Made by a program: the position numbers and the translations under genes. Below are positions 23,967 through 36,398 of a DNA stretch of 64,000 nucleotides, in pieces. This DNA comes from Rhynchopus sp. YZ270_cl-10 (lineage: Eukaryota): contig OZ037846.1 in the NCBI GenBank assembly GCA_964035575.1, positions 248,001 through 312,000 of the forward strand. Direction: 5' to 3'. The notes below the pieces were generated by a model. It saw only the letters and a program-made list of their open reading frames with translations, was not told where the DNA came from and ran no database searches. The number at the start of each line of letters is the position of its first letter. Positions within the stretch are counted from its first letter, which is position 1.

Positions 23967-26243
23967 CTAGGTCCCTTCTAGCTCTCGGTCGCAGTCGGCC
24001 TGTGTGGGGTGGGGTGTTGGGTGTTGGTTGTTGGGTGTTGGTTGTTGGTTGTTGGTTGTTGGTTGTTGGTTGTTGGTTGTTGGTTGTTGGTTGTTGGTTG
24101 TTGGTTGTTGGTTGTTGGTTGTTGGTTGTTGGTTGTTGGTTGTTGGTTGTTGGTTGTTGGTTGTTGGTTGTTGGTTGTTGGTTGTTGGTTGTTGGTTGTT
24201 GGTTGTTGGTTGTTGGTTGTTGGTTGTTGGTTGTTGGTTGTTGGTTGTTGGTTGTTGGTTGTTGGTTGTTGGTTGTTGGTTGTTGGTTGTTGGTTGTTGG
24301 TTGTTGGTTGTTGGTTGTTGGTTGTTGGTTGTTGGTTGTTGGTTGTTGGTTGTTGGTTGTTGGTTGTTGGTTGTTGGTTGTAGTCGCTATTTTGTCTTGG
24401 TTGCGTTGACCTCCTGGTGCAGCTTTGGGGTGCCAGATATATCGCAAAACGCGCACACACCTTCCGCTTTTGGTACTCCAGGTCAAGGTCTCTGAACTCC
24501 TCCGCTAGGTCGAAGGCTGGCTCCCAGTCCTCCTCGTCGTCCTCTTTGGGTTCGGGTGGGAGCTCTCCTCGTCTGACCTGTGTAGTGTACAGTCATGCGC
24601 ATAGGAATTACTACACAACAGTGAAGTAACTGGCTCTTCACCGTTGTAAAATAAAAACGGAACGTCGAACATACCCACTCAGGCCTGTACGCCCCCTTCG
24701 CCCCGTCCGCCCGAGGTGTAAGCTGCCCTGCCGGAACCCTGACCGGGCCTGCTGCCTTGCGCTCCTTTTCACGTTTCTTGCAGTCGCGCTCGGCCTTGGC
24801 GCTGTTCTTACGCTGCAAGATCATGTCCTTGAGCTTGTCCTTGCCCGAGGCTTCCGCATCGATGGTCTCGTGTGACGCGTCCTCTTCGTTGCTTGCAATG
24901 TCGAGCACCGCGTACCGGTCAGACGCATACGTACCATGCGGCTCTTGGTTGATCCGCACCAAGACCTGGAAGAAGTGTTGTTGGAAAAGAGAAACGTTTA
25001 TGAGATGAACCTAAGCCTCTCTTCACCCCGAGAAGGTCGTACAGTGAGTCTCTACGTAGGATGCCAAGCAGAGTGCCACGCGAACCAAGGTGGCGCGTGC
25101 AGCCCCAACGGGGCAAAGGTGGCGAGGGAGGAACAAAAAAAGGTTGGCTTGAAATACAAAGCCCTCTCGTGAACAGTACCACACAAAAAAAGAGACAGGG
25201 CAGAGCAGGGCAGGGCAGGACATACGTCGTCGCCTTGTATAATAACTTCGTGCACGCGCTGGCGGGCACCGTCCTTCTTCGTGGGCTCGCAAGACGAGGT
25301 CTGCACGTCGAAGGACTCGTACAGCGCCTCCCCTGTCGTGATCGATATCTTCGTACAGTGCCAGGGACAGGTCACACACTGGTCTCCGTTGTAGTCTTCA
25401 ATATCGCTAAGAAACAGCGGCCCACCTGGGAGAGTGTGTTTATTTTTTTTTTTGAAAACTTGGTTGTATTAGTGCCACCCTAGAGTGTGCTCCACTATTT
25501 TTTGAATTGTTGGAAATAGTGTAGTTGCCACCTATGCAAAGCTCCACCCTTTTGGTGGCATTATTTTTTTTTTTTGACAGATTTTGGAACAATGTCGCAC
25601 AATAGTTATCACCTAACCCACATCACATATGGGCAATATCGATATGCTAGCCGATAACCTACACTTTCACACACATCCCCCAATCTATTTTCACCCCTTT
25701 TTCCATACCATGGTGATAGCACGCATTGTCCATCGCTGCCCACGAACCATCCTCCAAATGGAACACCGCCACAGTTCTCCCCCCGCACTTCAGGAGCTTG
25801 CTATCCCCACAGAAGACGCTGCCTGCGTCGGGCACTCTGTACGTCTTCGCCCGGGGTCGCGCCGCAACGACTCCTTCCACCACCCCACCACGCTTTGCGA
25901 GATAGGTGTTCGCAAAATTCGCGGGGGTCACAGAAGCATTTGGCAGGGTCTGTTCTCCGATTACCAACGGAGCGACACCACGCTTGCCACGGATTGACGA
26001 GCATGTGACAGTCGGGGTGCTGCTGGACGACACCTCCACTTCATTCGCGCTTTTGATCGAGGGTATCGAGGGTATCGAGGGTATCGAGGGTGGTGTCGGT
26101 AGGGTCACCGATGAGGACTGCGCTACGTTCAAAGCAGCCGGAGGCGTCGGGGAGATTGCATCCCAAGGAGGCTGAGACGGGGACTCCTTCCGACTACAGC
26201 ACTGTGTGTCTTCATCACCACTTCGAGTAGCTCCGTTGCCCAT
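23967..26243 (-). CDS. Rieske [2Fe-2S] domain protein (RFESD-like); exons 25709-26243, 25226-25425, 24675-24965, 24461-24577, 23967-23999
   Basis: Spliced product has [30 protein letters not shown] (CxH...CPWH ligands); four GT-AG introns preserve frame; the last exon is less certain. Confidence 0.8.
24013..24380. repeat. (GGTTGTT)n heptamer tandem repeat, about 50 units, inside Rieske intron 4
   Basis: Perfect 7-bp periodicity from about 24039; degenerate at the left end. Confidence 0.95.
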
Positions 26244-27004
26244 TTGGGGAGAGGGGAGGGAGGAGGAGGAGGAGGGGAGAGAGAAAGGATTGAAATGGAA
26301 GAGTATTTTTTTTAAAACGTCAGGGGGTTGCTTTCGCTTGGGATTAATTAATGGGGAAGGTTTTTTTTTGAAAATTTGAAGTTCGTAGTAGTGTAGGGCA
26401 CCCGAGGACCTGAGGAGGTTCCACTATCGTGTAATAGAGAGAAAGAGGAGTTATGACGTAGGGTTCATTGGTTCATTGTTTTTTTTGTTGTGTATGTCGA
26501 AAAAAGTGGAGGTGTTATTTTTTTACCCTGGGTGTGAGTGGGGGCTAGAGGGTAGAGGAAAAGAACGCGATGAAAAATGGTGAAAATTGGTTGTGTTTTT
26601 GCTACGTGGCCAGGACTGGTAACAAAGTAAAGAACAAAAAAACAAAAAAAAAAAAAAAAAAAACAGAATTGGTATTGACGCAGGCACCTCCTTGGCTTTC
26701 AAAAATAAGTTGTCTTGAAGAGCCAAGCCCTCTCGCGGCAGTCTACCTTTGGTACACATGACCGTGCACCGAGGTCCATGCAGTTCTACATCCATTTCGC
26801 GGTTTACATCAGGGCTTCCCACAGGGGGGACCAGGGGGGACCACTGGTCCCCCTGGGGGAAAATAAAAATAATAAGGGGGGACCAGGGGGGACCAGGGGG
26901 GACCAGCCTGCCCTTGAGTGTTCCGAGGCTGCCTATTAGGAATTTTCCACATTTTTTTTAATTTTTCCCACCCTCCCGTCCCCGCGCATCCAAATACAGG
27001 CAAC

Positions 27005-27237
27005 TACACGACGGTGATGTACAGTACATTACAAGTGAAGTTACATGTAACGTTACAAGTGAAAAACCGTTACAAGTGAGTTACAAGTGAGTTACAAGTG
27101 GGATACATGAATTACAGGCAAAATCAGGTTGTAACTGGTGGGTTACAAGTGAGTTACAAGTGAGTTACATGTAACAAAAGTTACATGTAACTCACTTGTA
27201 ACTCCACTTGTAACACCCGTTACATCACCGTCGTGTA
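27005..27237. mobile_element. MITE nested in the hAT-like element
   Basis: Perfect 17-bp inverted ends TACACGACGGTGATGTA / TACATCACCGTCGTGTA (terminal TA may be the TSD); internal GTTACAAGTGA repeats in both orientations. Confidence 0.8.
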
Positions 27238-27383
27238 ACAGGGGGAAAAGATGGCACCAAAAAAGTCCTCCGGACCAAGACAGATTTCCATAATGGAATT
27301 TGCAAAGCGACCGGCGGAGTCCCAGTTATCGGCTCAGGCTCCGAAGAGGCAGAAAATAACGGTTGCAAAGAACCACGAGTATG

Positions 27384-27643
27384 CCTCATGGGCAAAGTGA
27401 CCCCGTCACAGCCAGAACGCGACTCAATTGGTCAAACGCCGAAGGAAAAGGAAGCATGCAGCATGGCAAAAGAAAAAAGTAGCGTACCGTGCGCCTGCGG
27501 CGCAAGATTGCAAGCCACCCATGACATAGTGTGGCTGTAAAATGTGCAATTTTAATCACAGTATTTTGAAATGTTGCGTACCGTGGCTTCGCCAGGAACC
27601 TTTGCCATGACTGTCGTTTCTTTTTGTAGATGTCTATACGAGG
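27384..27643. repeat. Dispersed repeat of about 260 bp; inverted copy at 57172-57437
   Basis: Clear reverse-complement similarity; both copies lie inside larger TIR elements; short CCTC...GAGG ends. Confidence 0.75.
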
Positions 27644-28441
27644 AAACGTCTGCACGCTACCGACCTGACATATTTTTTCTTATTCCGCAAAGGTGGGGAA
27701 CGTGAGATGATATGCAATATGCGAGTTAATGCAGCAGTTTTAACGGTTTGCCGGGACATTTTCGCCGAAGTCGAAAATTTTTTTTGACCACTTAAAGTGC
27801 GTAAAGGCGCGTAACGTAACGTAGCGTCAGCGTTAATGCTACACACCACACAAATTAAAATCATTGAAAAAAAAAAAAAAAATTCCACCTTTTTTTGGCT
27901 GGTCCCCCTGGGAGGCCAAAACCCCAGATCCTGCGGGAAGCCCTGTACATCTGAAAAAAAAAAAAAAAAAACTCTCAGCAGGCACTGACACTCCACGGGT
28001 CATCGAACCTTATTCTCACGCCTGCCCCACCTCCACCCCCCGAACCCGCAAAACCCGCCCCACTTTTGCCGAAAAATTAGCCAGAGGCCTGACTACCCCG
28101 CGAAAAAAAAGAAAAGTTTATAAGATGAACCTAAGCCTCTCGTGCTTAGTCACCTTATAAAAAAAAAAATAAAGGTTAGAACACTACATCGAAACGTACT
28201 TTGCGAAATCCATTTAGACCGCAAAAAAAAAAACCCCCCATTTTTTTATCTCCCATCCCCTGAAGTAAACACTGTACAGTTCTGATCACCCTCATGTACC
28301 TTTCTGAGAATCCTACATCACGAAGTTACTTTTTTTTTTGTGATTTTACAGCTTTTTTTACGTCGGGCTTACAACGACTCACAAAACCACAAAGAAAAAG
28401 TAAATTCATATCATTGTACTCACCCTCTCACTCTCTCTCAT

Positions 28442-29356
28442 CTATATCAAATCTGGGGTGTCGGAAGTAAGCACATGAACGCCTATCTCACGCAACCTAT
28501 CAGCCTCTGTGCGTGAGTTAACAGTCCATGCGTTGGTCTGCAGACCAGCTGCTTCTGCATCGTACACGAGTCTTGCTGTCCACATTTTGCAGGCAGCGCT
28601 CATGCCTGTTGCTCCGAGCAGGGAAGGAAGCGCGTATGGTGTGAGGGCCAACGTTGTGTATGTGTTGTCGACCAGCCCGAAGAGCGTCGAGAGGATAGGG
28701 GTGTTCCGCACCCCCGCCGTCTCGGAGATGAGGTACGGCTTCACGATCAGCATCGCAGGCACTTCAGGAAGCAACGCCCGCACGGCGTACACACCTCTCG
28801 GGTCAAAGGAAATGAAGGTGCACCGCTCCACCCACCCATTCTTTAGCAGCAGGTCCGCCACGCCCTTCGCCAGCTGCTTCATGTAGCGGTAGCCTAGACC
28901 CTTCAGCTCGACAACGACGTGGGTGTCCAAGCGTTCGCACAGTAGCATCACCTCTTCGAGAGTCGGGACTGTCTCGTCGGCGTCAGCAGGTTTGAGGAAG
29001 GTTCGTGTCTTGAGGTCGTGCAGAGTGGTGTCCACAACCGCAACGTCATCGCCAGAGAGAAGCCCCCCTGTGGTTAGGTCGTGGAATACTACAAGCTCCC
29101 CGTCTCGTGTCAGCTGCACGTCAAGCTCAATGCCAGACGCACACCCCGCACCACGCGCAAAGCTTTTCAGTGTGTTCCCCGAAGGGCTTGCCCCATCACG
29201 GTATCCTCTGTGGCCGACCAACACAGACTTTCCTCTCGTAATATGAGACGGACTCACGACCGGGGCATGCAGAGCGACACAGCGCCATACTACTGTCCCC
29301 ACTATGCACAGTCCAGCTAGAGCCGTGGCATGTGTCGGGTTTGCATTAAGTATCAT
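28442..29356 (-). CDS. Glycerophosphodiester phosphodiesterase (GDPD family) with N-terminal hydrophobic anchor
   Basis: GHRG...GNTLKSF...IELDVQLTRDGELVVFHD...VPTLEEV...ELK...ISFD...WTVN...SDTP; first ATG at 29356. Confidence 0.9.
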   Translation of the reverse strand: MILNANPTHATALAGLCIVGTVVWRCVALHAPVVSPSHITRGKSVLVGHRGYRDGASPSGNTLKSFARGAGCASGIELDVQLTRDGELVVFHDLTTGGLLSGDDVAVVDTTLHDLKTRTFLKPADADETVPTLEEVMLLCERLDTHVVVELKGLGYRYMKQLAKGVADLLLKNGWVERCTFISFDPRGVYAVRALLPEVPAMLIVKPYLISETAGVRNTPILSTLFGLVDNTYTTLALTPYALPSLLGATGMSAACKMWTARLVYDAEAAGLQTNAWTVNSRTEADRLREIGVHVLTSDTPDLI

Positions 29357-29584
29357 CAGAGAAGTGTGCCTGTGTGGGGGCACTGTGGGTGTCAGGTGAG
29401 AATGTGTCCAGAGAGGGAGGTGTTGACTAAGTGTGAGGAGGGGGAGGAGAATAGAAGGAAGAGGAGATTAAGAAAGTGTGGAATGTGGGCCACAGCACGA
29501 AAGGCTAAGTACTATTACGAAGACAATTGTGCTGGTGTGAGAAAAGTTAAGTGCCAGATGTAAATCTGAGCAAACACAACAGTG

Positions 29585-31309
29585 CTACTTCACGGAACAC
29601 ATCTGAGAGCAACACACAACACTGCACGTCCCAGAAGGAACTGCGTGTGCTGGTGTGCCAACCCCTCCCGCAGCTGTCCATGCCTCAGCAACGTCAAGGT
29701 CAGACTGCTCACCACGCAGGTACCCACGCACGGTATTGTTGTACTCCTCCCAATGCTTCCTCTCACCTATCATGTACATCCACTCGTCAACTGCTTCTTC
29801 TGCAGCACTTAGCTGAGCCATCACTTCCGCCACAACCTGTGCCTCACAACCAGAAGCAACCTCCACCTTGCACGGAAGCAGACGCAGCTGGTGTTCGCAC
29901 TCAGCATCGCTGAAGCACATCCTGTTGCACACCACATCACACCCCAGCATACGCCCCACACGTTCCAGCCCGTTCACATCACGCACAAGCTCCCCCACCA
30001 TGCTGAACCGACGCATCACCTCGCAACCCATGTCACCACGCAGCACCTTCCCAGACGCAACACCAGCATTCACCTTCTCACAAAAGCTGCTCGCACCCTT
30101 CAGAAGCAGGCTTGCTGCGTGCAGTGCAGATGTGGCATGTGTCGCACACTGCTTCGAGGCGTTGAACGAACAGTGGATCCTGTCCCCGATGAACACGTCC
30201 ACCATCCCACGTCTTGTCTCTGTTGCCTGCAGGGTCTTCAGGAGAAGAGTGGTGAAGAAGGAGGAGTAGGTCGCACTGTCCTTCTCCAGAAAATGCAGGG
30301 TGTCCTTCACGTTCAGTGTCAGCAGGGTTGCCTTCACTGAGGACAGACCCAGTGGCAGGCACACTGCCAAGTTCGACAGTCTGGTCTGAGACGACTCAAA
30401 AGATGTCTCTGCTGTCTCTGTCACGTCGCTGTCTTCACTATCTTGCATCTTGTCCACCTCATCCTCAAAAGGCAGACACGTCTTCGGGAGGTACGCTTTG
30501 TACATGCGCAGGTTCTTCTCCAGTCTCCACAGGGCAGCAGTCATCCCCTCAGGCAGGTCACCCCCATGCACGTCCAGCATCTCCGCCACCTGCTCCACGT
30601 CGTACCCCGCAAGAAGCGACGCAATCTCCTGCACAACGCTGATCGTGCGCCTCATTGACTCCTGCTCCTTCAGTACATTGCGTGCAAACCTGCGTGTCAC
30701 GAAGAAGTCGATCAGGAAGACCACCACTGTGGTAATAGCACCGGGAGCGGGAAATGACGTCTTGCAGGGAAGGAACTCGCAGTCGATCAGCTTCATTAAA
30801 TTTTTTCTTCTCCCGAACTCACCTTCGTACGGTGACAACCCAGGAAGGTCAAACAAGCCAAACCTGAAGGATTCCTCACACCCCATCACACACAGCCACA
30901 CCACTGTCGCACCCACGAAGCCTGCACTGTACCGTGCTGGGACTTGCATCACAAGCAACATGTCCACAACCAGGATCAGAAGTGGCCACGCTACAATACC
31001 CTGCGTGCGCGCCTGCAGATCCCAAATGAAGACACCTATGCTGAGGAAGTACATGATGCCCACCACAAACGCGGTGTGCAGTTGCTGCTTGCAGAGCACC
31101 TTAACAATGACAACAATACAACCAAAGAGGACCAGCAACGAGCCCGCTGTGTTCTGTAGGTATATCGGTACTGTGCGTATCTTGACCATGTTGTTCAAGA
31201 CAACAGAGCATATTGACGCCACACAGAACGCAAACATGATGGCGCGCTTCTTCACCTCGTCAGCACTGAGAGACCCGTCAATGGTCAGTGCGCTGTTCAG
31301 GCACCGCAT
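29585..31309 (-). CDS. 6-TM pseudo-cyclase protein, copy 5
   Basis: Intact ORF, same family. Confidence 0.85.
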   Translation of the reverse strand: MRCLNSALTIDGSLSADEVKKRAIMFAFCVASICSVVLNNMVKIRTVPIYLQNTAGSLLVLFGCIVVIVKVLCKQQLHTAFVVGIMYFLSIGVFIWDLQARTQGIVAWPLLILVVDMLLVMQVPARYSAGFVGATVVWLCVMGCEESFRFGLFDLPGLSPYEGEFGRRKNLMKLIDCEFLPCKTSFPAPGAITTVVVFLIDFFVTRRFARNVLKEQESMRRTISVVQEIASLLAGYDVEQVAEMLDVHGGDLPEGMTAALWRLEKNLRMYKAYLPKTCLPFEDEVDKMQDSEDSDVTETAETSFESSQTRLSNLAVCLPLGLSSVKATLLTLNVKDTLHFLEKDSATYSSFFTTLLLKTLQATETRRGMVDVFIGDRIHCSFNASKQCATHATSALHAASLLLKGASSFCEKVNAGVASGKVLRGDMGCEVMRRFSMVGELVRDVNGLERVGRMLGCDVVCNRMCFSDAECEHQLRLLPCKVEVASGCEAQVVAEVMAQLSAAEEAVDEWMYMIGERKHWEEYNNTVRGYLRGEQSDLDVAEAWTAAGGVGTPAHAVPSGTCSVVCCSQMCSVK

Positions 31310-32625
31310 CGTTGGGCTTTTGATCCTCACAAACCTTTGCTATGTGTGGAGCAGGGGTGTGTGGATGTGTGTTGTGTGCACTGGTGGGTGGTGTGGGTTC
31401 TGTGTTGGGAGATGGGCAAAACCACCTGAATAAACAAAAAAAATGGTGTGACGACTCCCAATCGCACTTTATCGTACTGTATCACACTTTTGGGCTCTCT
31501 CCTGCGACCCGCAACAGGCTATGAGAGTTTGTCTGAGATCTTACTGAGAGGTAAAAAACCTCTCCCCGTTCATAGATGGCCCAACTTTTGGGGTTATTTT
31601 TTGGGTGTGGTGGCCAGCTGGGTGGTGTGGAGGTGTGAAAATACAATGCGAGGTTTCGTTTATTATGACGTACGAGGGAAGGAAACTTGATCCCACAAAC
31701 CCACAAACATGCACAACTCTCCGCTGGGTTGTCGAGGGGCTCACTTCCCTCCTCCCGAGACTCCCTGTCCACAATATCTGGCTGGTACTAATTGTACCCC
31801 GTCGTCGTGCGACTTCTGCAGGCGGATCACCTCCATACGAAATCCGCCCGGGTTGGTACTATCCCACGCCAAGTATTGCGTAGAGCTGCACACCTTTGCG
31901 GTTTACGGGTTTGCAGTTTGTATTATTCGCCAAGCACGGCCACCTAAGCGGGGGTTTTCACCTAAATTTCGAGGGGGGAAATGGGTTTTTGGACAGAAAA
32001 TCTTGAAGAACTTTATGTGGACCCCACCCCCAGTAACCCGACGAAGTAACAGTAATAAAATTGCTCGTATTTGTTAATCGAAAAAAAGGTTGCTGGGGTC
32101 AGGACTCCTTCCCCCTTCCCCTCGCGTTAGCAAAAGCCCAAACCACGGTCAAAAAAAAATAAAGTGAAGTTTTTAATGCAGGCACCCCCGACAACGATGC
32201 CAGCCACGGATGAAGCACAAGTACCCTGCGGCCAACAACAAAAGATGGTGAACTTGCATAAAAAAGGGGCAGGGGCGTTTGGCACCCTGAGGACAAGGGC
32301 AAGTCCCGCATACCCCAACAGAAAGACAAAGGCTATGCACTGGTGATATAGGAGAGGCAGGGTAACTGAAAAACAAAGACCCTGAAAGCACAATAACGCC
32401 AACAAAATAAAATACAGACCCCCAAATCGCACTTTATCGCACTTCACTCGCACCCCCCTTTTCAGCCACACCAAAGAATAGTTCAAAAGTGCTCATATAA
32501 AGGGCGGGACGTGAATACACAAATAGACGCCACAGTTTAATCAAAACAGCACTGGAAAGTGGGACAAAGAATCAATACCGGGCAAGGGACTCCAAACAAG
32601 ACCTCCACGGAACAGCCGTCACACT

Positions 32626-34410
32626 TCATGACAGCCTACCCCATTGAACCATCTGAGAGCAACACACTACACTGCACGTCCCAGAAGGAACTGCGTGTGC
32701 TGGTGTGCCAACCCCTCCCGCAGCTGTCCATGCCTTGGTAACGTCAAGGTCAGACTGCTCACCACGCAGGTACCCACGCACGGCAGTGTTGTACTTGTCC
32801 CAATGCTTCTTCCCACCTATCATGTACATCCACTCCTGACTAGCTTCTGAAGCCACCTGGCTAACACAGTCATCCACAAGAGTGACATTGAGAGAAGGAC
32901 TCACGTCAACAAGTTCCGCCACAACCTGTGCCTCACAACCAGAGGCAACCTCCACCTTGCACGGAAGCAGACGCAGCTGGTGTTCGCACTCAGCATCGCT
33001 GAAGCACATCCTGTTGCACACCACATCACACCCCAGCATACGCCCCACACGTTCCAGCCCGTTCACATCACGCACAAGCTCCCCCACCATGCTGAACCGA
33101 CGCATCACCTCGCAACCCATGTCACCACGCAGCACCTTCCCAGACGCAACACCAGCATTCACCTTCTCACAAAAGCTGCTCGCACCCTTCAGAAGCAGGC
33201 TTGATGCGTGCAGTGCAGATGTGGCATGTGTCGCACACTGCTTCGACGCGTTGAACGAACAGTGGATCCTGTCCCCGATGAACACGTCCACCATCCCACG
33301 TCTTGTCTCTGTTGCCTGCAGGGTCTTCAGGAGGAGAGTGGTGAAGCAGGAGGAGAAGCTTGTACTGTCCTTCTCCAGCAAATGCAGGGTGTCCTTCACG
33401 TTCAGTGTCAGCAGGGTTGCCTTCACTGAGGACAGACCCAGTGGCACGCACACCGGAATGTTCTCAATCTTTGAATCAAACGAGTCTGAGCCTCTAAGTG
33501 TATTTTGCGTGGACTCCGACTGTTCATCCACCGGGTCGTCACCAGACATTCGGCCCACCTCATCCTGAAACGGAAGACACGTCTTCGGGAGGTACGCTTT
33601 GTACATGCGCAGGTTCTTCTCCAGTCTCCACAGGGCAGCAGTCATCCCCTCAGGCAGGTCACCCCCATGCACGTCCAGCATCTCCGCCACCTGCTCCACG
33701 TCGTACCCCGCAAGAAGCGACGCAATCTCCTGCACAACGCTGATCGTGCGCCTCATTGACTCCTGCTCCTTCAGCAAATTGTGCGCAAACCTGCGTGTCA
33801 CGAAGAAGTCGATCAGGAAGACCGACGTCGTCGAGATTATGCCCACCGGAGGGAACGGCCCCTTGCAGGGCAGGACCTCGCAGTCCATTTTCAACATTAT
33901 TTTCGCTCTCCTGCCTTGTTCGCCATCCTGCGGTGGCAACCCAGGAAGGTCAAACAAGCCAAACCTGAACGTTTCTTCACACCCAATCAGGCACACCCAC
34001 ACCATTGTCGCGCCTACGAAGCCTGCACTGTACCGTGATGGGACTTGCATCACAAGCAACATGTCCACAACCAGGATCAGAAGTGGCCAGCCCACTACCC
34101 CGAATGTACGAAGGTCCAAATCCCACAGGAAGATTCCTATGCTGGAGCAGTAGAGAGCGAGCACCACAAATGTGGTGTGCAGATGGCGTTTGGCGAGTAT
34201 TAAGCCAATGACAAGAGAGGCGGCTGTGACAATGATGAAGGACCCGGTTGTGTTTAGTATACGTTCTTGCAATTGGTACTCCCGTGTCATGACGTGCAGC
34301 ATTGTCATGAAACATGAGGCCACACAGAACACAAACATGATCGTGCGCTGCTTGACTTCCGCAGCACTGAGAGACCCGTCAATGGTCAGCATGCTGTTCA
34401 GGCACCGCAT
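32626..34410 (-). CDS. 6-TM pseudo-cyclase protein, copy 6 (insertion near C-terminus)
   Basis: Intact ORF; extra DVSPSLNVTLVDDCVSQVASEASQ segment. Confidence 0.85.
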   Translation of the reverse strand: MRCLNSMLTIDGSLSAAEVKQRTIMFVFCVASCFMTMLHVMTREYQLQERILNTTGSFIIVTAASLVIGLILAKRHLHTTFVVLALYCSSIGIFLWDLDLRTFGVVGWPLLILVVDMLLVMQVPSRYSAGFVGATMVWVCLIGCEETFRFGLFDLPGLPPQDGEQGRRAKIMLKMDCEVLPCKGPFPPVGIISTTSVFLIDFFVTRRFAHNLLKEQESMRRTISVVQEIASLLAGYDVEQVAEMLDVHGGDLPEGMTAALWRLEKNLRMYKAYLPKTCLPFQDEVGRMSGDDPVDEQSESTQNTLRGSDSFDSKIENIPVCVPLGLSSVKATLLTLNVKDTLHLLEKDSTSFSSCFTTLLLKTLQATETRRGMVDVFIGDRIHCSFNASKQCATHATSALHASSLLLKGASSFCEKVNAGVASGKVLRGDMGCEVMRRFSMVGELVRDVNGLERVGRMLGCDVVCNRMCFSDAECEHQLRLLPCKVEVASGCEAQVVAELVDVSPSLNVTLVDDCVSQVASEASQEWMYMIGGKKHWDKYNTAVRGYLRGEQSDLDVTKAWTAAGGVGTPAHAVPSGTCSVVCCSQMVQWGRLS

Positions 34411-34680
34411 CGTTGGGCTTTTGATGCTCACAAACCTTTGCTATGTGTGGAGCAGGGGTGTGTGGATGTGTGTTGTGTGCACTGGTGGGTGGTGTGGGTT
34501 CAGTGTTGGGAGATGTACGTAATCACCGGAGTTAACAAAAGAGTACTTTAAAAGTGCTATACACAAAATAGACTCCACAGTTAAATCGAAACAGCACTGG
34601 AAAGTGGGACAAAGAATCGATATCGGGCAAGGGACTCCAAACAAGACCTCCACGGAACAGCCGTCACACTTCATGACAGC

Positions 34681-36398
34681 CTACCCCATTGAACACATCT
34701 GAGAGCAACACACAACACTGCACGTCCCAGAAGGAACTGCGTGTGCTGGTGTGCCAACCCCTCCCGCAGCTGTCCATGCCTTGGCAACGTCAAGGTCAGA
34801 CTGCTCACCACGCAGGTACCCACGCACGGCAGTGTTGTACTCCTCCCAATGCTTCCTCTCACCTATCATGTACATCCACTCGTCAACAACTGCTCCTGTT
34901 ACAGCACTTAGCTGAGCCATCACTTCCGCCACAACCTGTGCCTCACAACCAGAGGCAACCTCCACCTTGCACGGAAGCAGACGCAGCTGGTGTTCGCACT
35001 CAGCATCGCTGAAGCACATCCTGTTGCACACCACATCACACCCCAGCATACGCCCCACACGTTCCAGCCCGTTCACATCACGCACAAGCTCCCCCACCAT
35101 GCTGAACCGACGCATCACCTCGCAACCCATGTCACCACGCAGCACCTTCCCAGTCGCAACACCAGCATTCACCTTCTCACAAAAGCTGCTCGCACCCTTC
35201 AGAAGCAGGCTTGCTGCGTGCAGTGCAGATGTGGCATGTGTCGCACACTGCTTCGAGGCGTTGAACGAACAGTGGATCCTGTCCCCGATGAACACGTCCA
35301 CCATCCCACGTCTTGTCTCTGTTGCCTGCAGGGTCTTCAGGAGGAGAGTGGTGAAGAAGGAGGAGTAGGTCGCACTGTCCTTCTCCAGAAAATGCAGGGT
35401 GTCCTTCACGTTCAGTGTCAGCAGGGTTGCCTTCACTGAGGACAGACCCAGTGGCAGGAACACTGGAAAGTTCGATGCTCTCGACTGAGACGACTCAAAA
35501 GATGTATTTGAGCTCTCTGTCACGTCACTGTCTTCACCATCTGCTTGCATCATCTTCTCCACCTCATCCTGAAAAGGCAGACACGTCTTCGGGAGGTACG
35601 CTTTGTACATGCGCAGGTTCTTCTCCAGTCTCCACAGGGCAGCAGTCATCCCCTCAGGCAGGTCACCCCCATGCACGTCCAGCATCTCCGCCACCTGCTC
35701 CACGTCGTACCCCGCAAGAAGCGACGCAATCTCCTGCACAACGCTGATCGTGCGCCTCATTGACTCCTGCTCCTTCAGCACATTGTGCGCAAACCTGCGT
35801 GTCACGAAGAAGTCGATCAGGAACACAAGCACTGTGGTAAGAGCACCGGGAGCGGGAAATGACGTCTTGCAGGGTAAGAACTCGCAGTCGACCAGCTTCA
35901 TTGCCTGCTCTCTTCTGCCGTTTTCACCCTCCTGCGGTGACAAACCGGGTATGTCAAACAAGCCAAACCTGAAGGATTCCTCACATGCCATCAGGAACAT
36001 CCACACCACTGTCGCACCCACGAAGCCTGCACTGTACCGTTCTGCGACTTGCATCACAAGCAACAGGTCCACAACCACGATCAGAAGTGGCCAGGTAACG
36101 TAACCAAGTGAACGTGTGTCCAAATCCCACATGAAGATTCCGATTGCGAAGCAGTATAGGAAGCCCACCACAAACGTGGTGTGCAGTTGCTGCTTGCAGA
36201 GCACCTTAACAACAGCAACACTTCCTACAATCGCTAAGAAGTACGACCCAAGCACGGCTCATCCAACTGGTACAGCAGAATAGATATGAGAATTGCCAAA
36301 CACGAGGCCAACGCAAAGGCAAAAAGGATAGTGCGCTTCTTCACCTCGTCAGCACCGAGAGACCCGTCAATGGTCAGTGCGCTGTTCAGGCACCGCAT
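34681..36398 (-). pseudogene. 6-TM pseudo-cyclase copy 7, frameshifted after TM1
   Basis: A deletion near 36256 splits the gene into ORFs 36234-36398 and 34681-36255. Confidence 0.75.

Larger units (their letters stand above)
26810..27945. mobile_element. Non-autonomous DNA transposon with hAT-like CAGGG termini and 5-bp TSD
   Basis: TIR CAGGGCTTCCCACAGG (26810) / CCTGCGGGAAGCCCTG (27930-27945); TACAT on both sides; subterminal GGGGGACCA repeats. Confidence 0.7.

Noticed and set aside
23812..24495. NNQQPTT / LLVVGCW repeat proteins or an interstitial telomere
   Set aside because: These are translations of an intronic heptamer repeat; the unit is not TTAGGG
26727..26809. Possible ingi/L1Tc-type HDV ribozyme signature
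   Set aside because: No downstream complement to CCCTCTC to form P1; topology not supported
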